Source: Candidatus Eiseniibacteriota bacterium
GTDB taxonomy: Bacteria > Eisenbacteria > RBG-16-71-46
Direction: 5' to 3'
DNA length: 64,000 nucleotides
Assembly (NCBI GenBank): GCA_963717505.1
Contig: OY970342.1
Span: 1,824,001-1,888,000, forward strand
Positions 11,680 through 20,711 of this stretch are shown in pieces. Under the pieces are notes generated by a model. That model searched no databases, had not been told where the DNA came from, and saw only the letters and a program-made list of their open reading frames with translations. Every line of letters begins with the position of its first letter. Position 1 is the first letter of the stretch. The translations under genes were made by a program, and so were the position numbers.

Positions 11680-13008
11680 TCAGCGCGCTTCGGACCGCAG
11701 CCCGCCGGGTTTCCGGAAATACACCACCCGGTTCTTGGGGGGCATCTTGGCGCGCAGCAGGGCTTGGTTGGCCGCTCGCCACAGGTCGCTGGTGTTGCTG
11801 GCGCCGTCCGGGTAGAGGGCGACTCCGATGCTCACCGAAACGCTGACCCGGTGCATCTGCCGGTCGAGTGACTCGACGTGCACGATCTGCCGCTCGACCA
11901 GTGAGCGCAATCGCTCGCAGATGGTGACGACATCGTCGACCTGGACCGGTGCCGAGAGCAGGATCGCGAATTCCTCGCCGCCCCAGCGCGCGACCGTGTC
12001 GAACGGCCGCACCGCCGTGCGCAGCGTGTGGGCGACGTGCACCAGCACCCGATTGCCGGCTTCGTAGCCGTAGGTGGTGTTGAAGTTCTTGAAGTTGTCG
12101 ATGTCGGCGATACATAGCGCGAACGAAGCGTGGTCGCGCTGGGCGCGTGCAGTCTCGCTCGACACCTGCCGTTCGAAGTAGGGGCGGTTGAACGCGCCGG
12201 TCAGCGAATCCACGAACACCAGCTGCTCGATGCGCGCCGATCGCCGCCACGCGATCGCCCAGCAATCGGCGAGCAGCGACAGCAGGGCCAGCTCGCGGGT
12301 GCCGAACACGCCCGGCTCCGGGCTGGTTGCTTCGACGTGTCCGAGCACTTCCGCGTCTTCGCCGCACACCGCGGCCGCGGCGACCGAGCGCACGCCCTGG
12401 CGGGAGGCTTCGGGCTCGAGCCGAGGTGCTCGCGTCGTGTCGGCGCAGACCACGACGTCGGTCGGGTGGGCGAGGACCTCGGCGGCGAAGTCGGGATCGA
12501 TCGACCGCGGGGTCGCGGGATCGTCCACCGGTGCGCGCGGCACGAAGTGCACACTCTGAGCGCCGAGCAGCTCGGTTCCAGTCTGGTCGAGCAACTCGGT
12601 GAGGCTGACCCGCGGCGACCCCTGGCCGGGATCCGGCAGCGTCATGGTGTCGTCGAGCCGCAGCAGCCGGCGAACGTGGTCGAGGCTGGCATGGGCCTGG
12701 ACGATCAACGCGACGCGAGCGCGATACTCGAGCCCCTCCTTCTCACGCGCGCCGGGCAGCTCGATCGCGATGAGGTCGAGACCGCGTCCCTGATAGCGGA
12801 CGGTCTCCGAGCCTGGGGTCGCGGGCAGGCGCGTCAGCGTGCCGAGCTGCTCGAGCTGGCGCAGGGCCTGCAGGCTCGCCTGCTCGATCTGCGACGACAC
12901 GCCCGAGTGCAGCGCGCGCTGGACGCGCTGGCGGTCGGCGCTGGGCAGTGAGTCGAGCGGCAGCAGCCGCTCGAGCAAGTGACGGAAGTCGATGGGCTTT
13001 CGGTTCAT
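11680..13008 (-). CDS. GAF-GGDEF diguanylate cyclase
   Basis: DSLTGAFNR, DIDNFKNFN..YG..GN, RPFD I-site, RWGGEEF; start placed at MNRKPIDF. Confidence 0.9.
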   Translation of the reverse strand: MNRKPIDFRHLLERLLPLDSLPSADRQRVQRALHSGVSSQIEQASLQALRQLEQLGTLTRLPATPGSETVRYQGRGLDLIAIELPGAREKEGLEYRARVALIVQAHASLDHVRRLLRLDDTMTLPDPGQGSPRVSLTELLDQTGTELLGAQSVHFVPRAPVDDPATPRSIDPDFAAEVLAHPTDVVVCADTTRAPRLEPEASRQGVRSVAAAAVCGEDAEVLGHVEATSPEPGVFGTRELALLSLLADCWAIAWRRSARIEQLVFVDSLTGAFNRPYFERQVSSETARAQRDHASFALCIADIDNFKNFNTTYGYEAGNRVLVHVAHTLRTAVRPFDTVARWGGEEFAILLSAPVQVDDVVTICERLRSLVERQIVHVESLDRQMHRVSVSVSIGVALYPDGASNTSDLWRAANQALLRAKMPPKNRVVYFRKPGGLRSEAR

Positions 13009-13164
13009 GGGTCGTCCTGCGTCCCTGACGGGCGGCCCCATCCCTGGATCGTGTAACCCGGTGTGTGAGCGAGAGGTCAAAGCAGAGGGGTTCAGACGAA
13101 CCCAGATTGAAAGATGCGCAGCGATTCTAGCATGCAGCGGCATGCAGCGCGGCGGCCGCGCATG

Positions 13165-13194
13165 AAAAAAACCACCCGCGATGACGGATGGTTT
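13165..13194 (-). terminator. Rho-independent terminator
   Basis: Minus strand ACCATCCG-loop-CGGGTGGT followed by a T-run, downstream of the 13254..13883 gene. Confidence 0.7.
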
Positions 13195-13253
13195 CTTTCG
13201 CCGATCGCTTGGGCGGGACGACCCGGAAGAATCTTCCTACCGGCAGATTGTTC

Positions 13254-13883
13254 CTAGTTGAGGCGAACCAGCCGGGAAATGCTCATCCCGAGCGGGCTGG
13301 CAAACCGGAGGAAGTACACCCCGGCGCTCAGCGGACGGCCATCGCTCCCGCGTCCATTCCAATCGACACGGCTGGCGCCGCGCCCCAGGGGGCCGCGGTG
13401 GAGAACCACCTGCTGGCGACCCTGCAGGTCGTAGATCGCCACCTCGGCGTCGACCGGCGCCGTACCGGGGCGTCCGCTCAGGAACAACTGGACGCGCGCC
13501 GCCCCGGCTCCCGGGTTGGGATGGATCTCGGCGCGAATCGGCCGGACCTGATCGGCGGAGATCGTGACCGGATAGGGCCCGAAACTCTGGAAGCTGCCGT
13601 TGGCCAGCTCGAGGTCGAAGCGGTACCAGTAGGTCGCCCCGGCCACGGCTTCGAAATCGTCGACGTAGCACGTGCCAGTACAAAGCGTGCTGGCGTCCGA
13701 CACGCGATCGAACGGACCGGCTTCGAAGCCCGAACGCAGGATGGTGTAGCGCGATCCGGGGAAGTCGCCGTTGAGTCGCACGTGCGGCACGCCCTCTCGA
13801 TACTCGACGTGGACACCCGGGTCGGCGACTGCCAGTGTCGCGACCAGCATCGTGGCGGCGACCATCGCATGGGCTCGCTTCAT
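13254..13883 (-). CDS. Small secreted protein: FN3-like domain plus FlgD-Ig/T9SS-like C-terminal domain
   Basis: Signal MKRAHAMVAATMLVATLAVA; D..AVAGATYWYR; HPNP...YDLQGR...WNGRGSDGRPLSAGVYFLR. Confidence 0.75.
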   Translation of the reverse strand: MKRAHAMVAATMLVATLAVADPGVHVEYREGVPHVRLNGDFPGSRYTILRSGFEAGPFDRVSDASTLCTGTCYVDDFEAVAGATYWYRFDLELANGSFQSFGPYPVTISADQVRPIRAEIHPNPGAGAARVQLFLSGRPGTAPVDAEVAIYDLQGRQQVVLHRGPLGRGASRVDWNGRGSDGRPLSAGVYFLRFASPLGMSISRLVRLN

Positions 13884-14031
13884 GTGGCTGGCTCCCTGAG
13901 AATGTTGCTCGAAGGCGCTCGACGCCCGAGTATTGTGTTCCTGGCCGTGGGCGTACGCAATACCCGGGTCCGACGTGACCGGTTCCGCCCAGGGCACAGG
14001 CAGGCGAACCTCGGCGGCGGGGGTTTTCACC

Positions 14032-14061
14032 TTGACACTCTCGCGAGCCGCTCATTACGTT
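14032..14061 (+). promoter_or_regulatory. Putative sigma70 promoter of the ptsN-like operon
   Basis: TTGACA-N18-TACGTT. Confidence 0.45.
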
Positions 14062-14108
14062 TCAACCTCTTGTCCATCATCGTATTGGCTCGGACGGAAG
14101 GCGACCGC

Positions 14109-14576
14109 ATGAGGCTGTCGGAACTACTCAATCCCAAAGCGGTTGCTTTGCACCTCAAATCCAAGAACAAGCGCGAGGCGCTGGCGGAGCTGGTCGAGGT
14201 CCTCGAGGCCGCCCACGGCTTCGACAGCCAGGGGGAGATCCTCGACCGGGTCATGCGCCGGGAGGCCATGATGGCCACCGGCATCGGCAACGGCGTCGCG
14301 ATCCCCCACGGCAAGGCCCGCTCGGTCGACCGCATGGCGGCCGCGGTTGCCGTCTGCCCTGAAGGCATCGACTACGAGGCCGAGGACGGACACCCGGTCA
14401 GCCTGATCTTCCTGTTCATCTCGCCCGAGAACGCGACCACCCTCCACGTGCGGGCTCTGGCCAGCCTGTCGCGGCTCATGAAGGAAGAGTCGGTGCGCAA
14501 CAGCCTGCGCGAGGCAGCGACGCCCGAGGCCTTCATGGCCGCCCTCCTCGCGGCGGAGAGCGTCTACAGCGTCTAG
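14109..14576 (+). CDS. PTS EIIA component (fructose/nitrogen-regulatory PtsN-like)
   Basis: MRLSELL...RREAMMATGIGNGVAIPHGK (phospho-His)...HVRALASLSRL. Confidence 0.9.
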   Translation: MRLSELLNPKAVALHLKSKNKREALAELVEVLEAAHGFDSQGEILDRVMRREAMMATGIGNGVAIPHGKARSVDRMAAAVAVCPEGIDYEAEDGHPVSLIFLFISPENATTLHVRALASLSRLMKEESVRNSLREAATPEAFMAALLAAESVYSV

Positions 14577-14621
14577 AGTCGTTCAGGTTCACGGCTGGCG
14601 CGCGCCGGCCGCCATCGGCCC

Positions 14622-15284
14622 ATGAGGGGACGAGACGCGATGCGCTTCCTGGAGTCCTGGACCGTCCTGCCGCTGGTCGACTTGATCCGGCTGGCTTTGC
14701 CGGTGGCCGGGACCCTGCTGATGGTGCTCTTGCCCGGCCGGCGAGCCGGCGGGGTCGCCGCCGCGATCGTGATGATCGGGGTGGCCGCCAACCCCGAACT
14801 GATCCCTGCCCTCTGGCTTCATGTGGCGTGGGTCGCCCTGTGGGGGGCTCTGGTCTGGCAGACGTTCCGGGGTTCCTCGCCGCCCGGCCGGCGGCTCGCG
14901 TTCTTCGAGTCCGGGGTCATCGGCGCGATCCTGGGTGCGTCCCTGCTCGTGCTTCTCCTGGCCGCGATCGAACGCCAGGCGCTGCCCCACGACGAAGCCC
15001 GGCGCGCCGCAATCGGGCTCACGCTGCTCGCCCTGGGTCTGCTGCACCTGATGATGCGACACCACACGATCCGCGCCGGGCTGGCGTTCGCCGCCCTAGG
15101 GCTTGGTCTTCAGGTGATCGAAGTCGCGGCCTGGGGCAGCCTGATGCCCGGCTCGGCCGGCCCGCCCGCGGCCGTTTGGTTTGCGACGCTGGTCGCGGTC
15201 ACGCTCGCCGTGCGCATCGGACACATCCGCGAGCGAGTCGCCGGCAGCCCGTGGGTCGGGGATGCACACGACCTCCATGACTGA
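14622..15284 (+). CDS. Divergent NuoK/HyfE-like membrane protein
   Basis: About 6-7 TM; C-terminal half follows the NuoK pattern (LMMRHHTIRAGL...IRERVAGSPWVGDAHDLHD); start may be ATG 14640. Confidence 0.55.
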   Translation: MRGRDAMRFLESWTVLPLVDLIRLALPVAGTLLMVLLPGRRAGGVAAAIVMIGVAANPELIPALWLHVAWVALWGALVWQTFRGSSPPGRRLAFFESGVIGAILGASLLVLLLAAIERQALPHDEARRAAIGLTLLALGLLHLMMRHHTIRAGLAFAALGLGLQVIEVAAWGSLMPGSAGPPAAVWFATLVAVTLAVRIGHIRERVAGSPWVGDAHDLHD

Positions 15285-16686
15285 GGCGCGCGCCGGTACC
15301 GCGCGGGTCGCGAACGGTTCAGGCGCGACTCCCTCCTGGCCCGCGGTGCTGCGCGATCGAACGCGTCGGTTGTTTCCCGACGCCCGGCAAGTCGGCGTCC
15401 TGGCCTGTGGACTCGGCCTCGCAAGTCTCGCGCACCCCTCGCTGCTGACCACCGCACTCGGCGTCGAGCTGCTGGCGCTCGCGTTCTGGCTGTGGGCACG
15501 GGCCGCCCCCGACGCCGCAGAGCAGATCGGACGCTGGGCGTGGCTGCGCCGGCCAGCTTCGGCGTTGTGGCTCGCATTTGCTCTCGATGCGATCCTGCCC
15601 GCCATCGGCTCGGGCCCCCACATCTCCGCGGTCCAGCCCCTGCGGTTGGTTCAGGCGGCGGCGGTGGCCTGGGCCGGACTCGAATTGCTCGCCTCGCTGC
15701 CGCTGGTGCGCACGTTCTCGGATCTGCCGGGTCCTTACCTCGACGTGCGCTCGTGGCTGCCGGTGCTGATGCCGACCACCGGTTTTCTCGTGCTCTGGCG
15801 ACACAGCGAGCTGTGGACCAACGTGTCGCCGGTGCGCGAGGCTGCACTGCTGCTGCTCGCGATCACCACCGTGCTCGCGACGTTGCGCGCGTTCGCGCGC
15901 CGGACCTGGACGGCATCCTTGCGCTGGCTGGTGCTGATCGACTGCACGCTCGGCGCGATGGTGCTGGCCAGCGCGCTCCTGCCCTCCGACGTGACGCTCT
16001 TACTATGGGTCGCCGCCACCGGCGCGCACACGTTTCTCCTGGCCGGCGAACTGCGCGGGTCGGCGCCGCGCCGCGGCGCGATGCTCACGCGGTTGTGGCG
16101 GATCGCGAGCTGGACGGCACTCGCCTGCCTGGCCTGGCCCGCGGCTGCGCTCAATGGTCCCGAACACCACGGCGGCATCGGCACGGCGGTGCGCGTCATG
16201 CTCATGATCTCGACGCTGTTCGCAGGCTGGATCGTGGTCGGGCGCATGCTCCCGGCCGACGAGCGGCGAACCGTCATGCGCCCCGAGCACGTGATCACCA
16301 TGAGCCATGCGACCGCACTCCTCATCCTGGTCCTCGCATTCCTGGCGATCGGCATGGCGTGGTGGGCGGGGTTCGAGCCGACGATCCCAACCACGCTCGC
16401 TGCGATCGGACCTTTGGCGATCGGCGGCTGGACCGCAGTGCTGAGTCGCCAGCAACGCACGTTGCGGCGGCGGATCGAGCAGATGGTGGCGGCATTTCGC
16501 GGTCCCGCGCGCAAGATCTTCGAGCTGTTCGTCCGGCTCGAGGGCGCGATCGTCGCGTGGCTCGGCGGGCTGACCCGTGCGCTGGCGCGGCCACTACACG
16601 ACCTGCACACCGGGGATGCCCAGGAATATCTGCTGTTCCTGGTCGGGCTCGCGGTGCTGGCGATGATCATGCAGGTCCTGCGATGA
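15277..16686 (+). CDS. Divergent NuoL/MrpA-like antiporter-fold membrane protein
   Basis: Multi-TM; LGVELL (TM5 Glu), FLLAGEL; C-terminal amphipathic helix plus LHTGDAQEYLLFL like NuoL LQTGxxxxY. Confidence 0.6.
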   Translation: MTEARAGTARVANGSGATPSWPAVLRDRTRRLFPDARQVGVLACGLGLASLAHPSLLTTALGVELLALAFWLWARAAPDAAEQIGRWAWLRRPASALWLAFALDAILPAIGSGPHISAVQPLRLVQAAAVAWAGLELLASLPLVRTFSDLPGPYLDVRSWLPVLMPTTGFLVLWRHSELWTNVSPVREAALLLLAITTVLATLRAFARRTWTASLRWLVLIDCTLGAMVLASALLPSDVTLLLWVAATGAHTFLLAGELRGSAPRRGAMLTRLWRIASWTALACLAWPAAALNGPEHHGGIGTAVRVMLMISTLFAGWIVVGRMLPADERRTVMRPEHVITMSHATALLILVLAFLAIGMAWWAGFEPTIPTTLAAIGPLAIGGWTAVLSRQQRTLRRRIEQMVAAFRGPARKIFELFVRLEGAIVAWLGGLTRALARPLHDLHTGDAQEYLLFLVGLAVLAMIMQVLR

Positions 16687-16701
16687 CAGGTCCTGCGATG
16701 A
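16672..16701 (+). repeat. Perfect 15-bp tandem duplication at a gene junction
   Basis: CAGGTCCTGCGATGA x2. Confidence 0.9.
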
Positions 16702-17885
16702 CCTTCGCGACCCTCGCGGCTTCTCCACTGTTTCCGCCGGCGCTGGCGCTGATCGCCGCACTGCTCATGTTCTCGCTCGACCGGCGCGACCGGCTGCATG
16801 CGCTCGAGTGGGCGACCGGGGTCATTCTGGTGCTGCTCGCGGTCGGCCTGGTGCGCGCGCCGGTGTCGGGGCCGACCTGGTCGCTGCTGGCGCCCGGCAT
16901 CGTCGCGGCGTTGCTCTCGCGCGATCGCGACAGCCTGCTCGAGAGCGAATGCGCATTGAAGCTGCTGTGGGTATTCGGGGCGGCAATTGCGTTGTCGTGG
17001 GCTGGCGTTCGCTTGCTCGAACTCTCGACCGGCACCGAAGTCGTGCTCGAACAGTGGGCGGTGCTCGAGCTGGGCGTCGATCCCGAGTTCCTCTGGCAAG
17101 CGGCCCTGCCGTTGTCGCTGGTGCTTGGCATGGTCTTGCTCGGCGGCGCGCCGTTCCATTTCTGGGCCGCGGACGTTCTTCAGGGTGCGCCGGTCTGGCT
17201 GTCGCCGCTGGCGGTGATCGTGATCCAGATCACCGGCGCCGGCTGGCTCAGCTCGCGACTCGCCGGGATCGCGCGATTCCCCGAAGCCGCGCGTGCGGTC
17301 GCCGGCTGGCTGGCAATGGGCGCGTTTCTCGCGTTCGCCGTGGGTGCCGTGACGTTGTTCGTCCAGCGACGGCCCGAGCGGCGTGTCGGTACGCTGGCGA
17401 GCTTGAACGGCGGGTTGTTGCTCGCCGCCCTCGCGTTCGCGCGTGGTGGCGCGAGTGCCGGTGTCGATCCCGACTTCGTTGCACGCTGGACGGCGCACCT
17501 GGTTCTGGCCCTGAGCGGTGCCGCGATTCTCGCGCGCTTCGTGCCGGTGGCCACCGCGGGTCCCGAGCCGACACCGGTGTTGTTCCGCTCGCACCCGGTG
17601 ACTGGACTCGTGGGATTGTTCGCACTCGCTTCGCTCGCTGGTGTTCCGGGAACCCCGGGCTCGGCGATCTGGCGAGAGGTCGCAGGCATGGTGGCGCGCG
17701 GCGGCTGGATCTGGGTGACCTTCGCGCTGTGCGCCGCGTGGTTGGCGGCGCTGGGCGCGGTGATCCGCCAGGCGCGCGAGGCGTTCGGGATCAGCCGGCC
17801 GGGGCCGGCGCCCCGGGTGCCGTGGCAGCCGCGTCTCGCGATCTGGGTGTGCGCGGCGGGGCTGGTGGTCCTCTCGCTCCGCTAG
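16683..17885 (+). CDS. Divergent NuoN-like (Proton_antipo_M fold) membrane protein
   Basis: ECALK, APFHFWAADVLQGAP, LFRSHP, ASLAGVPGTPG; alternative start 16698. Confidence 0.75.
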   Translation: MTGPAMTFATLAASPLFPPALALIAALLMFSLDRRDRLHALEWATGVILVLLAVGLVRAPVSGPTWSLLAPGIVAALLSRDRDSLLESECALKLLWVFGAAIALSWAGVRLLELSTGTEVVLEQWAVLELGVDPEFLWQAALPLSLVLGMVLLGGAPFHFWAADVLQGAPVWLSPLAVIVIQITGAGWLSSRLAGIARFPEAARAVAGWLAMGAFLAFAVGAVTLFVQRRPERRVGTLASLNGGLLLAALAFARGGASAGVDPDFVARWTAHLVLALSGAAILARFVPVATAGPEPTPVLFRSHPVTGLVGLFALASLAGVPGTPGSAIWREVAGMVARGGWIWVTFALCAAWLAALGAVIRQAREAFGISRPGPAPRVPWQPRLAIWVCAAGLVVLSLR

Positions 17886-18008
17886 ATTCCCCTCGACCCG
17901 GGGCCCTGCCCGGGTTCAATATCAATGAGCGACCCGGTTCGTACGCCCTCGGTTTCCCCGCCATGGCGTTCACGGATGTGCTACTCGATGGCCACCGAGG
18001 AGGAGCCC

Positions 18009-20633
18009 GTGAGCAACGTCATGTTCGTTCGTCGTGCATGCCTCGCGACGACTTTGTGCGCGGTGTTGTTGCCCGCCGGCACGTCCCGGGCCGCGTCGTT
18101 TGGTGAGTTCATCGATCCACATCCCGCGCCCGGCAATCAGTTTGGGTCGCACATCGTGCCGTTGAGCACGGGCAATGTGGTGATCACCTCACCCTATGAC
18201 GACGCCGGCGGAAACGACGCGGGTGCGGTCTATCTGTTCAACGGCGCGACCGGGGCGTTGATCAGCACGCTGCGCGGAAACAAGGGCGGCGACAACGTCG
18301 GCATCGACGGGGTCACGGTGCTCGCCAACGGCAATTTCGTGGTCGCCAGCCCGAACTTCGACAACGGTCTGGTCATCGACGGTGGTGCGGCGACCTGGTG
18401 CAGTGGAACGACCGGGGTGAATGGAGCGGTTTCCGCCGCCAACAGCCTGGTCGGGACCGTGGGTTTCGATCAGGTCGGCAGTGGTTACGTGGTGGCACTC
18501 ACCAACGGCAACTATGTGGTTGGCAGCCCGATGTGGAACCGCCTCCCGAACTTCCGCGTGGGGGCGGTGACCTGGGGCAACGGCACGACCGGAATCAGCG
18601 GAGCGGTTTCGCTCGCCAATAGCCTGGTTGGCTCCCGAGTCGACGACAGGGTCGGCGAGAAGGTGATGGCGCTTTCCAATGGCAACTATGTGGTCGGAAG
18701 CTGGCTCTGGGACAGCGGTACGATCGCCAACGCCGGGGCCGCGACCTGGGGCAATGGAGCCATCGGCGTGAGCGGTGCGGTCTCCGCCGCCAATAGCCTG
18801 GTCGGCTCCAATTCTGACGATCATGTCTCGGACTACATGTTCCGGCTCTCGAACGGGAACTACGTGGTCGCCAGCCCACGCTGGAACAACGGCTTTACTG
18901 CCGACGCGGGTGCCGTGACCTGGTGTAACGGCACGACCGGAAAAGCAGGGGTGATCTCCGCCGCCAACAGCCTGGTCGGCACGACGGCGGACGACAACGT
19001 CGGTTTCGGTAGCTTTGTTCCGCTCCCGAACGGTAACTATGTAATCGGGAGCGTGAGTTGGGACAACGGCGCCGTGGTCGATGCGGGCGCGGCAACCTGG
19101 GGCAGCGGCACGACCGGCGTGACTGGCGTGGTCTCCGCCGCGAATAGCCTGGTTGGCTCGACGGCTGCTGATCGTCTTGGTTACGAGGTGACGGAACTCG
19201 CGAACGGCAACTACGTGGTCACCGGCCGGGACTGGGACAACAGCGCCGTCGGCGACAGCGGTGCTGTCGACGCTGGCTTCACGGCTTGGGGCAACGGGAT
19301 GACCGGTGTGAGTGGGGTGATCTCCGCCGCCAACAGTCTGGTCGGCACGACGGCCGGAGAAGGAGTTGGCTACGTTGTGACGGCGCTAGCGAATGGCAAC
19401 TACGTGGTTGGCAGTCCCGGCTGGGACAACGGCGCCTTGGTCGACGTCGGTGCCGCGACTTGGGGCAACGGGACTACCGGGGTGAGCGGGGTGATCTCCA
19501 CGACCAACAGCCTGGTCGGCTCATCGGCTCATGATGTGGTCGGCGCCACAGTGGCGGCGCTGACGAACGGCAACTATGTGGTCGGCAGCTCGGGCTGGGA
19601 TGACGACGGGGTTGCCGACGTGGGTGCAGCGACCTGGGCCGACGGCACGACCGGACTTGTTGGCGTGGTTTCCCCCGCCAACAGCCTGGTTGGCTCGCAA
19701 ACCGGCGATTGCGTGGGCACTGCCGTGACGGCTCTTACGAACGGCAACTACGTGGTGGTCAGTATGTGGGACAACGGCGGTGCCGCTGACGCGGGTGCGA
19801 CGACCTGGGGCGACGGCACCACCGGGGTGACCGGGGTGGTCTCCGAAGGCAACAGCGTGGTTGGTTCGTCGTACGGCGATGGTGCCAGCATGACCGTGAC
19901 CCCGCTGTCGAACGGCAACTACGTGGTGGCCCGACCGTTTTGGCACAACGGCGCGGTCATGTTCGCGGGTGCCGTGAGCTGGGGCGACGGAGCGTTCGCG
20001 GCGACCGGCGTGGTTTCGTCCGCCAACAGCCTGGTCGGGCTCAATGCCAACGACTTCGTCGGCAGCCATGGGGTGACGGAGCTTTCGAACGGCAACTACG
20101 TGGTGGCCAGCCCAGCCTGGGACAGGGGCGCCGTCGTCGACGCCGGCGCCGCGACCTTGGGAGACGGTGCGAGCGGGTCGAGCGGCGGCGTCTCCGCCGC
20201 CAGCAGCCTAGTGGGCGCCGCGGAGAATTCGAGCCTGGCATTGGTCGTTGTGGACGCCGTGAACAACACATACATCGCCAGTTTCCTCACGGATGGTGGC
20301 GGGCGGGTGCGGGTCAGTTCGCAGGACGAGTCCAATCTCGTGAGCGTCGCCGACAACTTGGAGCCAGCGCAGCGGACGATCGGTATACGACCAAATCCCG
20401 CGCGCGGAAACGCACTTCACGTGGCGTTCGCTTTGCCGACCGCGGGCCCCGCGCGGCTCGAGCTGCTGGACGTCAGCGGGCGGCGCGTGCTGGCGCGCGA
20501 GGTCGGCTCGCTCGGCAGCGGACAGCACACCGTGAATCTGGCCGAGGGTCGAAGGGTCGCTCCCGGGATCTACTGGGTGCGGCTGACCCAGGGCGCGAGT
20601 CAGCAGAGGGCCCGCGTGGCGGTGATCGAGTGA
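18009..20633 (+). CDS. Secreted DUF5650-type repeat protein with C-terminal sorting domain
   Basis: About 11-12 repeats of LxNGNYVVxSxxW...GAxTWGxGTTGVxGVxSAANSLVG; C-terminal RPNP...LDVSGRRV...PGIYWVRL; GTG start after GAGGAG. Confidence 0.8.
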   Translation: MSNVMFVRRACLATTLCAVLLPAGTSRAASFGEFIDPHPAPGNQFGSHIVPLSTGNVVITSPYDDAGGNDAGAVYLFNGATGALISTLRGNKGGDNVGIDGVTVLANGNFVVASPNFDNGLVIDGGAATWCSGTTGVNGAVSAANSLVGTVGFDQVGSGYVVALTNGNYVVGSPMWNRLPNFRVGAVTWGNGTTGISGAVSLANSLVGSRVDDRVGEKVMALSNGNYVVGSWLWDSGTIANAGAATWGNGAIGVSGAVSAANSLVGSNSDDHVSDYMFRLSNGNYVVASPRWNNGFTADAGAVTWCNGTTGKAGVISAANSLVGTTADDNVGFGSFVPLPNGNYVIGSVSWDNGAVVDAGAATWGSGTTGVTGVVSAANSLVGSTAADRLGYEVTELANGNYVVTGRDWDNSAVGDSGAVDAGFTAWGNGMTGVSGVISAANSLVGTTAGEGVGYVVTALANGNYVVGSPGWDNGALVDVGAATWGNGTTGVSGVISTTNSLVGSSAHDVVGATVAALTNGNYVVGSSGWDDDGVADVGAATWADGTTGLVGVVSPANSLVGSQTGDCVGTAVTALTNGNYVVVSMWDNGGAADAGATTWGDGTTGVTGVVSEGNSVVGSSYGDGASMTVTPLSNGNYVVARPFWHNGAVMFAGAVSWGDGAFAATGVVSSANSLVGLNANDFVGSHGVTELSNGNYVVASPAWDRGAVVDAGAATLGDGASGSSGGVSAASSLVGAAENSSLALVVVDAVNNTYIASFLTDGGGRVRVSSQDESNLVSVADNLEPAQRTIGIRPNPARGNALHVAFALPTAGPARLELLDVSGRRVLAREVGSLGSGQHTVNLAEGRRVAPGIYWVRLTQGASQQRARVAVIE

Positions 20634-20711
20634 TTTTGAGTTGCGCGGCGCGGCTGTCCGGGAATCGCGGGGCGAGTGGAGATCAGCCGGTCGCGGCGGG
20701 GGCCTGGCCGG

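Noticed and set aside
13188-14108. Long N-terminal extension of the PTS EIIA ORF
   Set aside because: Antisense to the 13254..13883 gene; EIIA homology starts at ATG 14109, after its own promoter-like element
15492-16682. N-terminal ~400 aa of the 797-aa ORF, suggesting a giant NuoN fusion
   Set aside because: Arg-rich off-frame translation overlapping the NuoL-like gene; the real start is 16683 or 16698
18400-20200. Periodic DNA repeats as a CRISPR array
   Set aside because: Degenerate in-frame protein repeats with no unique spacers and no cas genes
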